Shown here in pieces: positions 1 to 5,418 of a DNA stretch of 12,922 bases (the stretch's first letter is position 1; every line of letters begins with the position of its first letter). Below the pieces are notes generated by a model. It was not told where the DNA came from, did not search any database, and saw only the letters and a list, made by a program, of their open reading frames with translations. The position numbers and the translations under genes are program-made. Location: positions 1 through 12,922 of the forward strand of contig JBMFSH010000059.1 in assembly GCA_049967655.1 (NCBI GenBank). The letters are read 5' to 3'. Source of the stretch: Acidobacteriota bacterium. GTDB lineage: Bacteria; Acidobacteriota; UBA4820; DSQY01.

Positions 1-371
1 GGGTTACGCTCGATGTAGGCCAGGGCCCGGTAAGCATGTGCTTCGTCCAGGGCGCAGGAGAAAAACCTCCCTTGCCACAGATGGCCCGAGCGGCCGTGGA
101 GACGGTTGATCGCCTGCGAATAGCGCCAGTGCGCACGCCCAAGGGCGATGCCGAGGGACTCCTGCGCAGGAGGCACCACGAGCAGATGGACGTGGTTCGT
201 CATGAGGCAGTAGCCGAGGATGGCGACACCCGCCTCACCGGTGTAGCGGCGGATGCAATCCAGGTACAAACGCCGGTCCTCGTCGGTGAAGAAGACGTCT
301 TGTCCGTTGTTCCCGCGTTGGGTGACGTGGTGCGGGACACCGGGGATCGCGATACGCGCAAGCCGTGGCAT
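1..371 (-). CDS. REP-associated tyrosine transposase (RAYT; IS200-like HUH/Y1 transposase), 3' end truncated by the window edge
   Basis: Manual translation from the ATG at 371: MPRLARIAIPGVPHHVTQRGNNGQDVFFTDEDRRLYL...GYCLMTNHVHLLVVP...INRLHGRSGHLWQGRFFS...ALAYIERNP. It contains the HHVTQRGN start, the HUH motif (NHVHL), the LWQGRF motif and the catalytic-Tyr motif YIERNP. Absent from the ORF track because there is no stop codon inside the window. Confidence 0.93.
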   Translation of the reverse strand, partial: MPRLARIAIPGVPHHVTQRGNNGQDVFFTDEDRRLYLDCIRRYTGEAGVAILGYCLMTNHVHLLVVPPAQESLGIALGRAHWRYSQAINRLHGRSGHLWQGRFFSCALDEAHAYRALAYIERN

Positions 372-377
372 GAAAAT

Positions 378-407
378 ATTTTACCACTGACTCATCCGCA
401 CCGTGAA
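378..407 (-). promoter_or_regulatory. Putative extended -10 sigma70 promoter giving a leaderless RAYT mRNA
   Basis: Minus strand reads TTCACG-N18-TAAAAT, with TG at the extended -10 position (TGgTAAAAT). The -10 box ends 6 nt before the ATG and there is no Shine-Dalgarno sequence. Confidence 0.5.
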
Positions 408-408
408 T

Positions 409-430
409 AATAGGTGGCTGTCCCCAATTT
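409..430. other. Candidate RAYT-associated end/REP-like motif AATAGGTGGCTGTCCCCAATTT
   Basis: AT-flanked CTGTCCCC core directly upstream of the RAYT promoter. It resembles motifs I recall next to this RAYT subgroup. Only one copy is in the window, so it cannot be confirmed here. Confidence 0.4.
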
Positions 431-444
431 CCGCCTCGAAGTTC

Positions 445-507
445 TAATCGCCCAATAGCTTAATCGCTTAATAGCTTAATAGCTTATAGCTTAATCGCCT
501 AACAGCC
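445..507. repeat. AT-rich 8-bp tandem repeat, about 8 units, consensus TAAT(A/C)GC(T/C)
   Basis: taatcgcc caatagct taatcgct taatagct taatagct tatagct taatcgcc taacagcc; one unit has a 1-nt deletion. The array abuts the histidine kinase stop codon. Confidence 0.9.
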
Positions 508-2042
508 TACCTCTCCTCCCCGCGCCTCTCCCCCTCGATCTCGCCGGGGACTTGGGCGGCGGGGAGGAGCACGCAGAAAGTGCTGCCCTGCTCGGAGGTC
601 TTTTCGAGGAGGAGGTCGCCGCCGTGCTGGCGGACGATGCCGAGGCTGACGGAGAGGCCGAGGCCGGTGCCGCGGCCCTTGTCCTTGGTGGTGAAGAAGG
701 GGTCGAAGATGTTGGGGACCACGTGGGGCGGGATGCCGTGGCCGTTGTCCTGGACCCTGACCTCCAGGTAGCCGGCGCGGGCGGTGCGGGCGGCGATCTT
801 CACGCGGCCGCCCTTGCCCACGGCGTCCAGGGCGTTGAGCAGGAGGTTGAGGAAGACCTGGCTGAGGGACTGGGCGTCGCCGTGGACGGCGGGAAGGTTG
901 TCGGGCACCTCCAGTTCGATCTTGGCGCCCGAGAGCTTGATCTGGTTGGCCGCCAGCCCGGCGGTCTTGCGCAGGAGCTCGGCCACGTCCAGCCGCTCCG
1001 TGGTGATCTCGCTCTCCCGCGCGAAGTCCAGGAGGTTCCGGACGATCTTTTGGGCCCGGCCCGCCTGGGAGACGAGGTCCTCCACCATCTCCAGCCGCTC
1101 GGCGTCGGAGAGCGTGGGGTAATCCTCCTTGAGCATCTCGGCGGTGAGGGTGATGTTGTTCAGCGGGTTGTTCAGCTCGTGGGCCACCCCGGCGGTCAGG
1201 TTGCCCACGGCCTGGAGCTTGTGGGACTGCACGAGCACCTCCTGCCGGTGGTTCAGCTCGCGCATCATGGTGTTGAGCGCCACGGCCAGGTTGGAGAACT
1301 CGTCGCGGTACTTGCGGGCGGGCTTGATGGGCGTGAAGTCACCCTGGGCGATGCGGCGGGTGGTCTCCATGAAGCGGGTGAGGGGGCCAAGCATCTGCCG
1401 CGCCAGGAAGTTGGCGATGAAGACCGAGATCAGCAAGAGGGCCACCAGGAAGAGGAGGGGAAGCCGCTTGAAGAGGGTCAGCGTGGCGTGCACGTTGGCC
1501 CGCTCCTTCTGGGCCAGGTCGAGGGCGAAGGCCACCATCTGGGAGCCGTGGGCGCGGATTTCCGCCTCCACCGCCGCCTTCTCCTGGGGCGCCGCCGCGC
1601 CGGGGTTCCGGCTCATCTCGGAAAGGCGGCCGATGAGGGCGTCGTAGCGGTTCAGGTGGTCGCGCATCTGGCGCAGGTCCCGCTCGGGCAAAACCTTGGC
1701 GGCCTCGGCACCGGAGGCGTCGAGGAGCTGGCGGGCGCTGGCCACGTGTTCCTGGACGTCCTGGAGGTTGGTGCCGTAGAGGAAGTAGTTCTTCTCGAAC
1801 CGCCGCGCCTGCTGGATCTCCATGGTGTAGTGGTCGGCCACCTCCAGGAACCTCAGGCGCACCTCGAGGCGGTTGAGCATGACCCAGGCGGCGCCCGTCA
1901 CGGCGACGCACAGGAGGAAGAGGGCCAGAAAGCCCGCCGCGAGCCGCTTGCGGATGCTGAAGCTGGGCCTCTCCAGGAGAGCCTTCTGGAACTCCTCCAC
2001 GCCCCGGGCCGGCACGGGCGCGACGCTCCCTGGTTCGCTCAT
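507..2042 (-). CDS. Membrane sensor histidine kinase (2 TM, extracytoplasmic helical sensor, HAMP, HisKA, HATPase; NtrB-like)
   Basis: 511 aa with two hydrophobic segments, HAMP (PLTRFMETTRRIAQGDF...DEFSNLAVALNTM), H-box GVAHELNNPL, N-box QVFLNLLLNALDA, G1 DNGHGIP, F-box IFDPFFTTK and G2 GTGLGLSVS. GGGAGA RBS upstream. Confidence 0.96.
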   Translation of the reverse strand: MSEPGSVAPVPARGVEEFQKALLERPSFSIRKRLAAGFLALFLLCVAVTGAAWVMLNRLEVRLRFLEVADHYTMEIQQARRFEKNYFLYGTNLQDVQEHVASARQLLDASGAEAAKVLPERDLRQMRDHLNRYDALIGRLSEMSRNPGAAAPQEKAAVEAEIRAHGSQMVAFALDLAQKERANVHATLTLFKRLPLLFLVALLLISVFIANFLARQMLGPLTRFMETTRRIAQGDFTPIKPARKYRDEFSNLAVALNTMMRELNHRQEVLVQSHKLQAVGNLTAGVAHELNNPLNNITLTAEMLKEDYPTLSDAERLEMVEDLVSQAGRAQKIVRNLLDFARESEITTERLDVAELLRKTAGLAANQIKLSGAKIELEVPDNLPAVHGDAQSLSQVFLNLLLNALDAVGKGGRVKIAARTARAGYLEVRVQDNGHGIPPHVVPNIFDPFFTTKDKGRGTGLGLSVSLGIVRQHGGDLLLEKTSEQGSTFCVLLPAAQVPGEIEGERRGEER

Positions 2043-2058
2043 GGGATCTCCCGCCGGG

Positions 2059-2463
2059 TCATTCCACGGGCGTCTCGTGGATCCCCTTGAAGCCCAGCGA
2101 CTCGGCCGCCCTGGCGATGACGTCCCTCAGCTCCTGGGGCTTGAAGGGCTTGGCGATGAAGTCGAAGGCTCCCTTGGCCAGGGCCTCGCGGGCCACCTCC
2201 ACGGTGGCGTAGCCCGTGATCATGATCACCTTGGTCCGCGGATGGAGGGCCATCACCTTCTCCAGAACCTCGATCCCGTCCACGTCCTCCATGCGGATGT
2301 CGGTGACGACGATCTGGAACTCCTTCTCCTGGATCCGCTTCAGCGCCGGCACCGGGGCCTCGAAGACCTCCACGTCGCACCCCACCTTGGCCAGGGCCGG
2401 CGCCAGCCGCCTGCCCACGATGGGCTCGTCATCCAGGACCAATACGCTCAGTCGTTCGCTCAC
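2059..2463 (-). CDS. Single-domain response regulator (receiver only, 134 aa)
   Basis: C-terminal part of the 2059..2985 ORF. The probable start is GTG at 2463 after a GGGAGG RBS. Motifs LVLDDEP, VVTDIRM (phospho-Asp), MITGYAT and FIAKPF. No output domain. Confidence 0.93.
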   Translation of the reverse strand: MSERLSVLVLDDEPIVGRRLAPALAKVGCDVEVFEAPVPALKRIQEKEFQIVVTDIRMEDVDGIEVLEKVMALHPRTKVIMITGYATVEVAREALAKGAFDFIAKPFKPQELRDVIARAAESLGFKGIHETPVE

Positions 2464-2595
2464 GGCTTTGCCCTCCCAGGGGTGAGGGATGGAAAAGGGC
2501 ACCCTTCTCCTCTCTTGTCCGCCCCCCATCCCCAACCCTCGTCGAGATGGGGAGATGAGGGGATTCCGGAAGGGACCTCCGGCCACCACCGACCA

Positions 2596-2637
2596 CGATC
2601 CCCGTCCCCTGTCCCCTGTCCCTTGTCCCCTGCCCCC
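2596..2637. repeat. 7-bp tandem repeat, about 6 units, consensus TGTCCCC (GGGGACA on the minus strand)
   Basis: cgatccc cgtcccc tgtcccc tgtccct tgtcccc tgccccc; begins 2 nt downstream of the TauE/SafE stop codon. Confidence 0.85.
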
Positions 2638-2639
2638 TC

Positions 2640-3752
2640 CTAAGACACCCTGCCGTCGGCCGCGGCCTTGCGGACCAGCAGGGTCGAGTGGACCTTCCTG
2701 CGCTCCAGCGTGGCCTTGACCACGTAGAAGAGAACGAGGCCTGCCCCGCCGACGCCGGCGGCGAAGAGGATGGCCGTGCTCGCGCCCTTGAGCCATGGCT
2801 CCCACCTCTCGCTGAAGTGGAGGAAGTTGAGCTGGCGCAGGTAGACGGGGACGGCCACGGCGCGGCTCACCACGCAGAGCAGGATGATGCTGCTCGCCAC
2901 GAGGCGCACCAGGACCTCCTTCACGACCTTGGTCCCGTAGGCCCCGATGTAGACACCCATAAGGGAGCCGAGCAGCAGCAGGCACGAGAGCCTCAGATCC
3001 ACGAAGCCCTGATAGGCGTAGCTGATGGCGCCCCAGGCCCCGCCGAACATGGCCATGAACAGCTCGCTCCCCGTGGCCACCGTGGTGGGCACCCCGAAGA
3101 GGTAGATCATGGCCGGCACTCCCAGAAAGCCCCCGATGGCCACCGTGCCGTCGAGGAAGCCCACCACCAGGCCGAGGAGGAGGACGAGCCAGAGGGAGAT
3201 CCGCACGTCGGCCACGGGAAAGTGGATGGTGGGGGGCAGGGGAAGGCGCGAGAGCATGTTGGCGAGTTTCATGGAGGGGCCGCTGCCCTCCTTGCTGTCG
3301 CGTGGGCGCAGCGCGTCCCTCAGCATGAAGGCACCCACGAAGGCCAGCACGCCGATGAAGATGAGGCTGATGTATAGGTTGGACATGGCCCCGCCGCCGC
3401 CCTCGTGGCCCTCGCCGCCGCCCCTTTTGAAGAGGGTGCTGTTGATCCAGACGGCGATCTGGACGCCGATGACGGCCGTGACGAGCAGGAGGATCGAGAG
3501 ACGCTTGTCCACGTTGCCGAGCCCGGCGTGGCGCTTGGCCCCCATCATGTTGTTGCCGAACCGGTGGGCCATGTTGCTGCCCACGGCCACCACGCCCGGC
3601 ACGCGCAGGTTCATCATCCCCGGCGTCATGATGAAGGCGGCCCCGCTCCCAGCGAAGCCGCTGATCACCCCGCCCACGAGGCCCAGCAACACCAGCGCCA
3701 GGGCGTTGGCCCAGGTGAGGTGGATGAAGAGATCACCGAATAGCATGGGCAT
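2640..3752 (-). CDS. TauE/SafE (TSUP) family sulfite-exporter-like membrane transporter
   Basis: 370-aa polytopic protein with the two-half internal repeat of TSUP proteins: GLVGGVISGFAGSGAAFIMTPGM...AVGS and GLVVGFLDGTVAIGGFLGVPAM...ATGS, each followed by GNVD/GFVD. GGGAGG RBS upstream. Confidence 0.92.
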   Translation of the reverse strand: MPMLFGDLFIHLTWANALALVLLGLVGGVISGFAGSGAAFIMTPGMMNLRVPGVVAVGSNMAHRFGNNMMGAKRHAGLGNVDKRLSILLLVTAVIGVQIAVWINSTLFKRGGGEGHEGGGGAMSNLYISLIFIGVLAFVGAFMLRDALRPRDSKEGSGPSMKLANMLSRLPLPPTIHFPVADVRISLWLVLLLGLVVGFLDGTVAIGGFLGVPAMIYLFGVPTTVATGSELFMAMFGGAWGAISYAYQGFVDLRLSCLLLLGSLMGVYIGAYGTKVVKEVLVRLVASSIILLCVVSRAVAVPVYLRQLNFLHFSERWEPWLKGASTAILFAAGVGGAGLVLFYVVKATLERRKVHSTLLVRKAAADGRVS

Positions 3753-3768
3753 GATTGTCCCCCTCCCC

Positions 3769-5274
3769 TTAATCCATCTTCAGCCACTTCATGGCCGAGG
3801 CGAGCAAGGTGCCGTACAGGACCGAGACCACCGGCGCCAGGAGGGCGACCAGGATCGAGGCGACCCACGGGGCGGCCTTGTGGGCCTCCCCTCCCAGCAC
3901 GTTCAGGAGCCCCTCCTGCCGGAGGAAGATGGCGCCGTAGAGCAGCACCAGCAGAGCCCCCGCCGCCACCGCTTTGAGCACCTCCCTCCTTCCGAGGTGC
4001 AGCTTGGAGGAGAGGTCCGCCGTCGAGAGAATGGGCGCCTTGACGTGGTCCGTCAGGAACATGGCCAGCTCTCTGGTCATGCGCGTGCGGGCCGCCGGCG
4101 ACTTATCCAGGAAGAGGTCGCCCACCACCACCAGGCTGTAGGGCACGCTCCGGCTGATGGCGGCCACGAGCCGGTCCCGGCCTCCCGCCACCGTGTGGCC
4201 TCCGCCCGACCGCCCCTCCTGCACCAGGGCCTCGAGGGTCCGCTCGAAGGAGCGGTCGGCTCCGCCGGCCGCGGCCTCGGGGAGGTCGTCCTCCACGCCG
4301 CCCGTGCCGGCCTTGAGGGCCGCCGCCGGGGCAACGTTCACGGGGACGACCTCTCCCTCCTCGCCGCCGGATCTGTACTGGAGTAGCTCCACCGCGGCCC
4401 CCCACCGCCGGGCCAGCTCGCTCACCTCGCGGTAGGTTCCCGAGTCGGGACGGAAGGCCTCCTGGATCCAGAGGATGTTGGTGCTGGCCATGGTGCAGCG
4501 GATCTCGCGGCAACCCGGCAGATCGCCCAGCACCTCGGGGATGAGGGGGGCGAGCTGAGCCTGCCTCGGGACGTAGGTGATCGTGAGCACGCCCTCGCTG
4601 GAGCGCACCGTGAGGTCCGCGTCGGCCGTGCGCTCGTCCAGGGCTAGCTTGATGCGGGCCCGGGCCCTGAGGAGCCGCTCCTGCATGGCCGCCTGGCTGG
4701 CGGGCGTGGGGCGGAAGTCAGGGAGCTCGGCGATGCTGCAGAGGGCCGCCGCCGCGTTCTCCAGGCTGAGTTTCTCCAAGTTGACGACGAGGTCGTACTT
4801 CTGGAGGTCCTCCATGTCCACGTCGTGGACGAAGCGGACCCAGGCCCGGATGTCCTCGTCCACGTCGCGGATGAACTTCTCCGCCTTCTCCCTCGGAAGC
4901 CGGAGCCGCTCCATGACGGTCTCCAGCCGGCGGGAGGGCTCGGGAACCACGCGCACCCTGAGGACGTGGCCCACGCCCGGCAGCAGGTGGTGCCCCGCCC
5001 GGCCGTAGTAGACCAGGTTCCCCGCCGCCGCCTTCTCGCAGATGGTGGCCGTGGCCACGGCCAGATAGCGGTCCCTCAGCCTCACCATCCGCTCCTGGAC
5101 GGCGGGCTTCTTCACCAGGGCCACCTCCAGCTTCCCCACGGGGATGCCGGATTCGTTGGCCCTGGCCACCACCTCCTCCCGGTCGAGGAAGGCGTAGCCC
5201 AGCTTGCGCGCCAGCTCCTTCGCAAGCCTCTCTCCCCCTCCGAAGGGCACTCCCGAAACGAAGACGATCGGCAT
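3769..5274 (-). CDS. Cytidylate-kinase-like family protein fused to BON-like, USP-like and two-TM C-terminal regions (501 aa)
   Basis: Probable start MPIVFVSG at 5274. Degenerate P-loop SGVPFGGGERLAKELARKLGY, then VYYGRAG, LRVRVV and YDLVVN, typical of cytidylate-kinase-like proteins. BON-like segment (RARIKLALDERTADADLTVRSSEGVLTIT...LPGCREI), USP-like pattern (NILW...ELARRWGAAVELL...YSLVVVG) and two terminal hydrophobic helices. The C-terminal domain calls are less certain. Confidence 0.85.
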   Translation of the reverse strand: MPIVFVSGVPFGGGERLAKELARKLGYAFLDREEVVARANESGIPVGKLEVALVKKPAVQERMVRLRDRYLAVATATICEKAAAGNLVYYGRAGHHLLPGVGHVLRVRVVPEPSRRLETVMERLRLPREKAEKFIRDVDEDIRAWVRFVHDVDMEDLQKYDLVVNLEKLSLENAAAALCSIAELPDFRPTPASQAAMQERLLRARARIKLALDERTADADLTVRSSEGVLTITYVPRQAQLAPLIPEVLGDLPGCREIRCTMASTNILWIQEAFRPDSGTYREVSELARRWGAAVELLQYRSGGEEGEVVPVNVAPAAALKAGTGGVEDDLPEAAAGGADRSFERTLEALVQEGRSGGGHTVAGGRDRLVAAISRSVPYSLVVVGDLFLDKSPAARTRMTRELAMFLTDHVKAPILSTADLSSKLHLGRREVLKAVAAGALLVLLYGAIFLRQEGLLNVLGGEAHKAAPWVASILVALLAPVVSVLYGTLLASAMKWLKMD

Positions 5275-5295
5275 GGGTCCCCCCCCCATGGTGTT

Positions 5296-5385
5296 CGGCA
5301 GGCGGCGCGCGGAAGGGTCCGCGCGCCCTGAGCGTTCGATTGTGGCTTCCCCCAAACCCCCTTGAAGACGTTGTAACGCCTGCCG
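5296..5385. other. Intercistronic structured element (nested inverted repeats)
   Basis: Perfect 10-bp stem GGCGCGCGGA-aggg-TCCGCGCGCC at 5304-5327, plus a 9-bp long-range pair CGGCAGGCG (5296-5304) / CGCCTGCCG (5377-5385). No U-tract. Confidence 0.5.
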
Positions 5386-5418
5386 GGCCCCAAAGCAAGG
5401 GAGCAATCGCCGCCCGGC

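Noticed and set aside
36..410. 124-aa plus-strand ORF
   Set aside because: Antisense shadow of the RAYT transposase, which has clear motifs on the minus strand.
445..507. CRISPR array or ncRNA interpretation of the repeats
   Set aside because: Units are contiguous 7-8-mers with no spacers, and there are no cas genes in the window.
552..2090. 512-aa plus-strand ORF
   Set aside because: Antisense shadow of the histidine kinase, typical of high-GC3 genes; no motifs.
2464..2985. N-terminal 174 aa of the 308-aa ORF as part of the response regulator
   Set aside because: Overlaps TauE/SafE in another frame, crosses the repeat spacer and is Arg/Gly/Pro-rich; a good RBS and GTG exist at 2463.
5275..5406. 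44-aa N-terminal extension of the CMK-like ORF
   Set aside because: Family similarity begins at MPIVFVSG; the region looks like a structured spacer.
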